NCBI GenBank assembly: GCA_026936335.1
Contig: JAPMXV010000040.1
Span: forward strand, 124,001 to 188,000
Source: Mantamonas sphyraenae STR306
Lineage: Eukaryota > Protista > CRuMs
Direction of reading: 5' to 3'
DNA: 64,000 nt
Position numbers and translations under genes: made by a program. Below are positions 32,282 to 42,400 of this stretch, one piece after another (positions within the stretch are counted from its first letter, which is position 1; each line of letters begins with the position of its first letter). The notes below the pieces were generated by a model that saw only the letters and a program-made list of their open reading frames with translations, was not told the origin of the DNA and searched no databases.

Positions 32282-32827
32282 TCATTTTCCACACCCGTCT
32301 GCCAATCCCCGTTCCAATGCGTCCAATTGATATTCCAGGACACGCACATTGTTCATACGCACCGCCTGCGCGTCGGCTACGTCCTGTTCGCTTCGCAGCG
32401 AGCGTAGCTGCTCGCTCAGGTCGCCCCGATGGCACCTATCCTCCAGAGCTGCCAGGTAGTGGTACATACAATCGTCAAGAGCCGTCTTTGCCACGTCGTA
32501 CTGATCGTACAGGTCGCTTTGCTGTTGAATAAACGCCTTTTGTTCGGCGGTTCCGCTCTTTCTGCGCCGGGCCAGCGCTGCGTCCACCTCGCCGTGCATG
32601 CGCAGAAGCATTTGGTGGCGACGCAACAGTTCGTAGTGTTGTTCATTCAACCCCTGAAGATCCAGCGCAGATGCTGCTTCGGTGCCCAGCAGCCGTCTGC
32701 GTCCACCTGAAGGTGGTTCCTCTTGCACCTTGTGTGCTGTGCGCACCCACAGCACACACAGCAAGCCCAGCAGCGCTGTAAGCACGACGGCTAACCTTGG
32801 TCCATTGCCAACGACGGTGTTGCGCAT
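32282..32827 (-). CDS. Small signal-anchored coiled-coil protein, unknown
   Basis: ATG 32827, hydrophobic LAVVLTALLGLLCVLWV, then heptad-like sequence. Confidence 0.55.
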   Translation of the reverse strand: MRNTVVGNGPRLAVVLTALLGLLCVLWVRTAHKVQEEPPSGGRRRLLGTEAASALDLQGLNEQHYELLRRHQMLLRMHGEVDAALARRRKSGTAEQKAFIQQQSDLYDQYDVAKTALDDCMYHYLAALEDRCHRGDLSEQLRSLRSEQDVADAQAVRMNNVRVLEYQLDALERGLADGCGK

Positions 32828-32900
32828 GCGTGGAATGCTGTGGCTCACCGGTGGCACGCACCCCATCCCCTCCACACGCCAACACAAGCATTTCCACACC

Positions 32901-34121
32901 ATGCATCCGGGTCTCGTCACCGGACTCCAGCTCCTGGGTCTCGTGGAAGCGGTACGTCAGCGCTTCGTGTGTGTGTGTGTGTGTGTGTGTGTGCTTGTTG
33001 TGGTCGCTTGCTAACACTCGTTTCCCCCCCCCCCCACATCTGCCTTTGCCCTCTGTGGTGGCCTCGTGTCTGTGATTGTCTTTTCCGTACCGCATGTGTG
33101 CAACCGCCCATTGTGGTGTGATCCGTGTGCCCTTCAGATTGTCGGTGTGATGTATTTGATTGTGCCCGACGACCTGTTTGCCATGGTCATGGGCATTCTA
33201 GCCATTGTCCTCGGCATCGGGGCGATGTTTCTGCTTACACGTGAGGCCGACTGGGCCAACAAGACGCTCGTGGGTACCCAGATTCCGTTCTGCTTGGCCA
33301 ACGGGGCCCTGGGCATCTACTTGTACGAAACACAGGCCGAGTGCGTCAAGGCCAACTTTCTGCGCCAGGCGGCCGCCTCCTACGACTGCTCCCTGTGGGA
33401 GATTGTGGGCACCGCTGCCCTCGCCTGCATGCTGCCCGCTGTAAGTACAACCATGACGTGACCCCTTTGTTCCGTCCGGCCTGCCTGTGTCTCTACTCCG
33501 GCGCGCAAACCGCGCCCAGTGACTTTGAGAGGGAAAGGGGTGATCCGCGCCACCTTGGGGTTCGCCAACCGCCCGTCGATCCTTCGTGCACTGCGTTCCC
33601 CACCTCCCACTCCACTGCCTCCCCAAACCCTTGCCCTTACACAGCACTCCTCGTCTCCCGTCACCATCACTTGACTCTCTCACACCCCCTACCCAACCTT
33701 TTCCTCGGCGCAGGCAATTCTGGCTGGCGTGGTCGCTTGGAAAGGAGATGAGACTGGCGGTGGAGGCAGTGGCTGCTGCTCCATGCCTACTGTCAACATT
33801 CCCTCCAGGGGTGGTGGCGGAGGTGCACCTGCAAGCAAGAGCGCAGGCCGCTTTGGCAAGAAGAAAAAGGACACGGCCGAAGCAGCGCCTGCAAGCTCGC
33901 CTGCAGCTGGCGGCGGTGGATACAACCCGCCTGCAGCCCCGTCCAAGTCCATGTACGTTGCCCTCTACGACTATCAGGGCGATGCATCGCAGGGAGAACT
34001 GTCCTTCAGCGAGGGAGACCGCATCGAGCAGCTTGGCCCGCTCGACGGCAACGGCTGGTTCCAGGGCAAGTGCAAGGGTCGCCAGGGCCTGGTGCCATCC
34101 AACTACGTGCAAAAGTCGTGA
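32901..34121 (+). CDS. Four-TM membrane protein with C-terminal SH3 domain (exons 32901-32951, 33138-33440, 33714-34121)
   Basis: Two phase-0 GT-AG introns; four hydrophobic segments; SH3 ALYDYQ...ELSFSEGD...GWFQG...GLVPSNYV. Confidence 0.8.
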
Positions 34122-34252
34122 CCGGGGAATGGGAATGTGGGAAAAGCAATGCAGGCTTTTTTTCGGCAGCTGCTGTGTGCAGGGGATGAGCACGAGGCGC
34201 ATGCGTATGTGTGTGTGTGTGTGTGTTTGAGTGTGCTGCGTGTGCTGTGCGA

Positions 34253-35579
34253 TCACAGGTCACGCGACCCTGCTTGCAGACCACTTCCCAGGTTGCCACT
34301 TGCATCGTCGCCTGCCTCGAGACTGGCTTCGCGATCCTTGCGTTTCTGGTAGCGTTGCAGGACGCCCGGCAGGATGTGTGTGGCTGTATCTTCCAGTACG
34401 TCCGACACGTCCATGTTGTCCATGATGGAGCTGAGCAGGGGCGTCTGTGCAATCTCGCCTTCGTCCTTCTCGCTGTGATGCACAAACTCTTCCCACGGGA
34501 AGGCGTAGATGTGCGCCACAGCAATGAGCATCATTTCAAAGCAAATCATAAAGTCTTGCAGTCCCGTCTGCACGTCACTGGCCGTGTACGAGCCCACCTG
34601 GTGGATGACGTCGATTTTGGACAGACCGGACAGCACCACTCCCTGCCAGAAAGAGAGAAAGAGCACTGCCTTGATGCAGGCAAACTTCCACAGGGGCGAA
34701 TAGTCGTGCAGCAGGTGCTTCGTGGCCTTGTAAAAGATCACCAGCGAGTACATGGCCCAGGTGATACTAATGTTGTCCAGGAAAGCCACATAGACCCAGC
34801 CCGAGGACCAGGCAAAGTGGCCCTCGTGGAAAACGCCTGCCAGCTCAAGTATGAGCGTCGTCACAGCAAGAATGGGCTTGACCAGCACAAACTGGAGGGC
34901 GCCGCGTCGGCAGGTACGGACAAACTCTGCGTCTGGGATCATGGGTGACATACACCAGCCACAGGGAGGCGGGTGGTGCACAGGGTCTTCGTCACGCATC
35001 TTTTCCTCGACTCCTTTTTCCGAGCCGAGAAGGCACACGAGCAGGCTGATGAAGCTGTACAGGGCCCACGATTCGTACGCGCCACGGATGGCGTCAATGT
35101 ACACCGCCACGTCTTTGAAACGCAACGACAACCAACTATCGATGGCATAGATCTGTGTTTGACGTGTGGCCCCGCACAAAGACGTGTGTGTCAGTGCCTG
35201 GGGCGCTGGGGCGGGAAACCACCGTATTTCGCAAATTACCCGCGCTGCCCGTGTACGCACACCGCTCGCCACACACACACACAAGGCACAGACGGGGAGA
35301 CAGACACCACGGGTGCCGAACGCATTGTCCATCACTTACCGGAACCATGAGTAAAATGCGCACGACGTAGCGTTGTGCCCTTGGGTAAACCCAGTGTGTC
35401 AAGTGCTGGTAGATGAGCACGCAGCTGGGTCGCACACGAAGGGTTAGCCAACATGCCCGCACACGCACACACACACACACGCTCTCTGAGGTGTCGACAA
35501 CATACCTCACCACTACGGCCACCGAGCTGAACGATAAGCCGAGGTACCACGCAATGATGTGGCGTTCCACGTCGACCAT
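34253..35579 (-). CDS. TMEM184: TMEM184/OST-alpha family transporter, two introns
   Basis: QRYVVRILLMVP|IYAIDSWLSL, YESWALYSF, GALQFVLVKP, KFACIKAVLFLSFWQ, QDFMICFEM. Confidence 0.9.
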
Positions 35580-35650
35580 GGGAAACGCAGCAGGTTTTGT
35601 TGGTGGTGCTGGTGGGCATCGCGTCTTGACACACTCTCACTCACTCACAC

Positions 35651-38600
35651 TCAGAATCCCATCCACCCAGTGACCACAGCCAGCAGCTCACACACACGCA
35701 TGCCGGCATGCATGATGAACCAACCGAACCAGGAGCCGTCGCCGACACCCATCTCGTAGGCCATCTGCTTGGCCCAGGGCAGAGCCAACAGAGCTGTAAA
35801 CTGCGTCACCAGAGCGCTGCTCTTCATGAGCTTGACCCAAGTGGGTGCCCACAGTGCATAGCCCATGTATGCCAGGGGACGTTCACGCTGGATGCGCTGT
35901 CCAAACTGGCCGTCCAAACGGTACACGTCACTGGACAAAAGGCCCTGCGCATGCAACTCGGTGCAAATGAACGTAAACACAGGTTGCGGTGATCCTGCGC
36001 CCGTCTGTGACCACATGCGCAGCCTGTGGCGCAGGTTGACAAGGTGGTCGCGCACTTCCGTGTTGGTGATGTTCTGCGACAGGGCAGTCTGCACTTCCGT
36101 GTACAGGCTTTCCAGCGTTGCTGTGATCTCCGACTGCATGGCAGGGTGGGCAAACGTCCACTGGAACAGCATGAACTGCACCCACATCGTTTGTGTGTCG
36201 CGCTGGAAGCTGTTGGAGGCGGTCATGTTGGCAAACACGGCGTTGTGCACCGTGTCAAACACCTCACGCACAGTAACCACGTCTGTGTTGGCGCCATACT
36301 GTTGCTTCTGCATCCAGGCGTCGTCGCGCAGGCGTTCCATGCGAGTGGCCTGGAACAGCTGGGCAACGACAGCACCACGCAACGACGTCACAGCCTGGTG
36401 GATGTTGACCGACACCAGACCCAGCATGCCCGTGCGTTGCATCATATAACGGAAGACGTCCGAGTGGGGCACAATGTCGTCGGAGCTCAGCACCTCGGCA
36501 ATGAGGGCCAGAGCTTCACGCTGCTTGGCCACACTCACTGGCGTGATGGGCGGCTTGTTGTTGGGCAGTTGTGCGTCGCCACGGTGTGCCTTGGACACAA
36601 CCTGGCCACCCACGTACTTGGTGGCGTAGTACCCGCTCAGGGTCACGTCAATCATCAGGGTCAGCCCTGCCGCTCCCAGATCCTCAAAGTTCTCGCCGGC
36701 CTCCACCGTGCGGTTGAGCAGCAGCGGCCACGTGGCCTTAACTGTCTCGATGCGTTCGCGGTAGAACCACAGTGGGTCGCTGCTCAGGTCAAAGTAGTTG
36801 GCGTACGGGTCCCATCCTTCTGCGCCAGCCACGTCCTCGTCGGTGTCAAATGGCTGCAGGTTGGCCTGCGCCATTGCCTTGAGTGTAGGATGTTGCACAC
36901 CCTGCACCTCGTCTGACAGCGGTGTGTACCCGTAGCGGATGCAAAAGATGTCATAAGCGCCCGGGGTCGAGGTGAAGAACTCACCTTGGGCACTGGAGTT
37001 GCGTGCGATGTTTGTTGGAAGGTAGTCCATCACCGAGGCAGTGAGACCGTTGGCCTGGGTGTAAGCCACGTCGTGCAGCTGTGCAGGCGTCACTGCCGTG
37101 CTGCCTTTGAAGTTGTGGCGCAGGCCCAGCGTGTGGCCCACCTCGTGCATGACCACGTCGCGCAGGCCCGCACGGATGTATTCAATCGGCAAGGGTTGTC
37201 CAGGATTGGCCACGTTGTTCGCCAGCAGAGCTGTGCGCAGTCGCATGGCGTTCAGCAGCCTGTGGGCGCTCTTGACATCCACTGCCGCACGGCGTTGCGG
37301 GTCCTGGGACAGCAGATCCCAAATGGACCACTGTGCTGCATCCGCTCCCTCGATGGCCTGCAGCTTCTCGTGCACCGACTTGATGAGTGGGTGCTCCATC
37401 TCGGCCGTGGCGGCGTCAAAGGAAAACGAGGACGAGGCTGGGGACGCGTAGGAAGCAGAGGGCGATGCGGTGCTGCTGCGCATGGAACCCTGCATGCTGC
37501 GCGGCACAAGCATGTTGCGCACACGCTGGTCATACTGGGACTGGTAGACACGCGACCAGCCGTTGGTGATGATGATGTCCGCGTTGAGCAGGCGAGCGTT
37601 GCGCGGGTCAGTCATGGACGCCCCAAAGCCAAAGGTGGCTGCCTGGGCCTCTGTCCAACTCAGCACACTGTACTTGAGCATGCCTGGGTTGTAGTCTGCA
37701 GGCCAGTCGGCGTCGCCAGGCAACACAGCCTTGATGGCGTTGTTGCCAAGTCCTGCAGCGGCAAAGGCCTTGTTCCATGCCTCGATGCCCTGCTTGAATG
37801 CGTCGCGGTATTCCACAGGCACGGTGGGATCCACGTAGTAGCGCAAGGGCTCGGTGCTGGTCACGTACCAGCGGTTGGCGTAGTTGACCTCCCTGTTCTC
37901 CGGACGAACCTCGCCCATGTCCAGGAAAGATTCGGAAAAGAAGCCGACACGTTCGTCAACCACGCGGCCCAGCATACGTGGCTGCTCTTCAAGCATGACC
38001 ACGCTGTAGTGGATGACAAGGCGCGAGTACTGAAAGGGCAGCTCCAGTTCCACTTCCATCGAGTCGGTTCCGGTCACGTTGGTCACGAAATCGTACAGCG
38101 GGTTGTTGCTCAGGCGTGCGGCGGAACCGTCGAGGAAGAGACCCAGGCGAAGGTATGCAGTGGCATCGATGAGCACCACGTCTTCGGTACGGCCTGGAGC
38201 TGGGGCAGCCGGGTTGTGCTTGTACGAGGCAACGACGGGGAACACGTACACGAGACGTTCCTGCTTGGCGCCGGCGACGTATGCATTGTACGCCGAGTCC
38301 TGCGTGCTGTTGATGCGAAAGCGAAAGTCGGGCTGGACAAGCTCGATGCGCGTGTCCACCTGGCGCCACATAAACCAGTAAGGGTTGCCAAAGTTGATGG
38401 GAAAGTGATACATGGCGTTCTGCGGTTCACCTTTGGTCACGGTGGCGTCGACAACAAAGAGACGCTCAAGCTGGCTCTTTTTGATCTCCATGTAGAAGCG
38501 GTCGCCGCTGATTCCCGCGCTGGCAGGAAAGGGTTTGTCGTACACAGTGAACAGAGTCTGGATCTTCTTCATGCCCGCCGTGATCTTGGCGATGGGGTCG

Positions 38601-38956
38601 GACGGGAGCGGTGTCGAAGACGGGGACGGGGAGTGGGACGGGGACGTGGACGGGGAAGCGGAAGGAGAGGGGGGCGTGGATGGGCTGCTGGCTGTGCTGT
38701 TGCTGTTGCCCTTGGCATTGCTTGCGTCGCGTGCATATGCGGCAAAGTCGGACTGCAGGGTAGCCATAAGGGCGACGAGCACAATGACCAGGATCACGAG
38801 GATGAGCTGGGAAAGGATGGTGATCTTGTGCGACTGCCGCTCCAGGGACGCGTTGCCCTTGCTGGCGGTGCTGTTGGCAGACGCGCCATTTTCGTTGTTG
38901 ATCAAACGCATGTCGTCTAGCTCCACGTCGTCGTGGTGCTCGTCCTCTCCATGCAT
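35651..38956 (-). CDS. Membrane-anchored zinc metalloprotease of the bacterial DUF5117/DUF4953-type Met-zincin architecture
   Basis: HEVGHTLGLRHNFKGS, SVMDY Met-turn, DERVGFF, YYVDPTVP...GIEAWNKAF; single N-terminal TM; intronless. Confidence 0.85.
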   Translation of the reverse strand: MHGEDEHHDDVELDDMRLINNENGASANSTASKGNASLERQSHKITILSQLILVILVIVLVALMATLQSDFAAYARDASNAKGNSNSTASSPSTPPSPSASPSTSPSHSPSPSSTPLPSDPIAKITAGMKKIQTLFTVYDKPFPASAGISGDRFYMEIKKSQLERLFVVDATVTKGEPQNAMYHFPINFGNPYWFMWRQVDTRIELVQPDFRFRINSTQDSAYNAYVAGAKQERLVYVFPVVASYKHNPAAPAPGRTEDVVLIDATAYLRLGLFLDGSAARLSNNPLYDFVTNVTGTDSMEVELELPFQYSRLVIHYSVVMLEEQPRMLGRVVDERVGFFSESFLDMGEVRPENREVNYANRWYVTSTEPLRYYVDPTVPVEYRDAFKQGIEAWNKAFAAAGLGNNAIKAVLPGDADWPADYNPGMLKYSVLSWTEAQAATFGFGASMTDPRNARLLNADIIITNGWSRVYQSQYDQRVRNMLVPRSMQGSMRSSTASPSASYASPASSSFSFDAATAEMEHPLIKSVHEKLQAIEGADAAQWSIWDLLSQDPQRRAAVDVKSAHRLLNAMRLRTALLANNVANPGQPLPIEYIRAGLRDVVMHEVGHTLGLRHNFKGSTAVTPAQLHDVAYTQANGLTASVMDYLPTNIARNSSAQGEFFTSTPGAYDIFCIRYGYTPLSDEVQGVQHPTLKAMAQANLQPFDTDEDVAGAEGWDPYANYFDLSSDPLWFYRERIETVKATWPLLLNRTVEAGENFEDLGAAGLTLMIDVTLSGYYATKYVGGQVVSKAHRGDAQLPNNKPPITPVSVAKQREALALIAEVLSSDDIVPHSDVFRYMMQRTGMLGLVSVNIHQAVTSLRGAVVAQLFQATRMERLRDDAWMQKQQYGANTDVVTVREVFDTVHNAVFANMTASNSFQRDTQTMWVQFMLFQWTFAHPAMQSEITATLESLYTEVQTALSQNITNTEVRDHLVNLRHRLRMWSQTGAGSPQPVFTFICTELHAQGLLSSDVYRLDGQFGQRIQRERPLAYMGYALWAPTWVKLMKSSALVTQFTALLALPWAKQMAYEMGVGDGSWFGWFIMHAGMRVCELLAVVTGWMGF

Positions 38957-39212
38957 GGTTTGGACGACGGTGGGAAAGCGTTGCTTTTTCTGTGGCTGCC
39001 TCAGCGTCGGAGGAGAGTGGGAAGCAAGCGATGGTGTGAGGAGGATAGGAGATCATGGAGGTGGTGTGGGAATGACGTTGACACTGTTTTCGAGGCAGGC
39101 AGCGATTGTAGAAGCCTGCGTCGCGTGAGCCCTCATGGTCGCGAGCCGGGTATCTGACATGGCCAACCCAAGACTGGATAGTATGTGTTTGAGGCGCGAT
39201 GGCAGGATACTT

Positions 39213-39297
39213 GCACGGGTGGCCGAGTGGTCTAAGGCGGCGGATTTAAGACCCGCTGACGTAACAGTCATCGCGGGTTCGAATCCCGCTCCGCGCA
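39213..39297 (+). tRNA. tRNA-Leu(UAA)
   Basis: Cloverleaf with A box TGGCCGAGTGG, anticodon loop TTTAAGA, long variable arm TGAC-GTAACA-GTCA, T loop TTCGAAT, discriminator A, downstream T5 terminator at 39315-39319. Confidence 0.9.
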
Positions 39298-39410
39298 GAG
39301 ACCTATGATTCTTCTTTTTGGCTCTTGCGCTTGTGCACCAACACAGGAGAATGCAGGGAGAATGCAGAAAACAACAATGCATTGTCTTGTTGAAGGTGTT
39401 CACTCTCGCG

Positions 39411-42400
39411 TCAGTCGTATTTGTCTTTCCAGGTGCCCGTTAGGCGCATTAGTAGCACAGGACTTCGATACACGTCCAACAGCTCGTGGTAGAGAGTCTC
39501 TTCGAGCATGAGGTCTTCGTCTTGGCGTGCAGCGTACAAATCGTCACACAGTTGCATGAGCGAGGTGACGTCGGGAAGGTCGGTAAACATCGCGTCGCGT
39601 CCCAGGCCCGTCAGTGACAGGCGCAGGAAGCGGCCCACACTGAGCACCACACCGACGTAGAGTCCCACCACACCTAGCGATGCAATCTGAGACACCACGC
39701 CAGACGGGAAACGTGCGCTCAGCGTCACCATGGTCAGATCTTCACCAGGAAACGCCGGTCCAGGTTCTTGCCGGATCACCCAGAAGGGCAGGCCTCGCGA
39801 TGACTGGTTCAGGCTGATGTATGCCGTCACGTTGAATGTGTAGTCACGGCGGTTGGACATGGGTCGCGGAACGCCTGTCGCGGGCACTTCGATGAAGCGC
39901 GGCAACAGGTCCGGCACAACCATCACCTCGTCGGACGAGCCCAGCTCCTGGGTCTCGTTAAGAATGCGGAACAGAGAATCACGCTGTTTCTTGTTCAGCT
40001 GGTGGCTGTATGACATCTTGATCACAGGGGACACAGGCGGACCCCTGCGCACAAAACTCAGCGTCGTCGTCAGCTCAAACGGCCGCGGGTCGGACATGCG
40101 TAGCATCATCGAGTCGTACGACGTTGGACTGATGTCCCATAGGTACTGTGAACCTTGTGTCATTCTCAATAGCTGCGAGTTTTCCAGTCCTTCCTCCGTG
40201 CCCAGCTCCGGCATCTCGTACTGTTTCTGCCAAACGTTCACCTCTGACTCGGTGGTATTTGTGATCCTTGCGGCCATTTCCAGCTGGTACAAGGGCGGAT
40301 AACCCGTGAGCAAACACGAGACATCGGTGCGAATAAGCAAATTCTTGCTCATCAGCGGCGTGCCCGTGCTCATGAGCAGCAGAGGCGACCACACAAGGAA
40401 CACCAACGCCACAAAGATGGCCACTCCCTGACCAATCTTCATGTCTGCACGCACTTTGTCTCCACGCGAGCGCGGGTAGCGCTTGTAGTAGTTGCGGTCG
40501 CACTGGATTGCGTACAACTGGGAGTAGATGTCCTCCAGCTTGAGCCACTCGAAAAAGGTCATGGTGGTCTTTGTGCAGATCCAGTCCAGGAGGGAGCGCA
40601 GCTCGTACACAAACGGGATCGAACGGTACACGATGTACGCGTACATCTCTTCCACTTGTTTGTATCGCATCAGAAACTGGCCGTATGTGTAGCGTGGGTA
40701 GCCATCTGCAACCTGCATGGCACTCAGCCACATGGCAATGGCCTTGAGGACGTACAGCGTACGCAGTGCGATATTGTTTGCAAAGGCCACACGTGCCAGA
40801 TCTGGCAGCCAGAATGTGATCAGCACGTGTTGCGTGATCACCATGCAAAAGTGCACCACTGTCTTGAGGGCAAGCGCACGGTACAGGTACAGCACACGAT
40901 CCACAATCAACAGGCCAAACTGCGAGAGCATGGCAAACACGAGCGGGCCCGGGATGCGGTTGTTCACCACAAAGTCGGTCAAACTTTCGCCCTGGCCGTT
41001 TGCGTTGGAGTCGGTGTACAGCGGAAAGAACGCAAGCAGGTAGATGAAGAGGATAAACTCGATGACAAACTGCCACACGTACCAGTCGCGGCCAGGCTTG
41101 TAGCCACTGTATCCGAGCCACGCCCACCAATCCCGCACAGGCACACGCGACCCCGCTTCTGTGCTTCCAAACAAGCTGTTGGACGAGCCCACGTTGAGTG
41201 ACGCCGCTCCCTTGCTTCTGCCCAGCTGGCCCAGTTTGGGCGCCACCGGACGCGCCGTCGACGCAGTGCTCTGGTTTTCGTTCATGTCGCTTGCTGTCCA
41301 CAACTCGCTTGGATGTGACGATGCATCGCTGGGGAACAACTCGTCCAGAAGGGCCATGCCTTTGCGTGTGGACGGCATGAGGTCCTCGGCTGCATCCTCG
41401 GCCGTCGCAGCTTCCATAGCGCGCACACGGTTCTGGTGGCGCTCAAACGCTCGGCGCACGTGTGTATCCATCAAGCGGGCAAGGGTGTCGATGCCCAACT
41501 TGTTGCGCATGTGTCTGTGGTAGCACAGCGCTGCCAGCAGAAGTAGATCCCAGTAGGTGGAGGCAAAGAAGGATTGTTCAAATTTGAACAGCCCGATCAC
41601 ACGCGGCATGGCCAGCTCTGCCGACCAGGTGCTTGTGGCTTGCGGCACATGACACACGTCTGGCCCACACGCCATCGTGTAGCGCCACAGGCCGTCGGAG
41701 CTGCGGCACGCGCACACAAATCCAAACTGGAAGAAGAACTTGAGCATGGTGCAACTCTGCGTGTAGATCAGCATCACGTCCCAGAAGCCGGCTGTGCGAA
41801 TACGCCGTGTCACACCGTACACCAGCATGGCCACAGGGTACATCACACTCAGCACGTCTGCGTCCGACGTGTGCACCATGATGAACAGCACAAAGCAGAT
41901 CAGCTGCGAGTTGAACTGCAGCCAGTGCCCCATAGCCTGCATCACATCCATCAAACCGTATGTCTTTGTCGTGCCCGCACCCTCCTCTGGTACCGATTCT
42001 GCGTCCGGACGGTCCACGTACACAACCTCCTCCTCAAACGCAGCCTCCAACAGTGCCTTGGCCTCGTTGCCCTTGCCCTCGCTCATGTTGTCGCTGCTGG
42101 TACTGCTTTCTTTGTCATCGTCGCCGCCGCTGTCGCTGTCGACTGGGAAACCACGCGTACTGGTGTTTTTGATGCTCATCTCCTCGCTGTCGCGGTCGTC
42201 GTCGTCAGAGAGTGCAACCACGTCTTCGTCTTCTTCGCCTGCACGCTTATTCGGGTGTGCGCTCATGGTGCCACGCCGCTTGCGCCACAAATAGTCGTCC
42301 AGGCGCTTCCACGGGTCTTGTGAGACGATCCAGTGTGCGAATTGCTGCCACTTGGATTTGTGCCGTTGCCTCTCGATTTCTGCCTCCACTTCTTCCTTGT

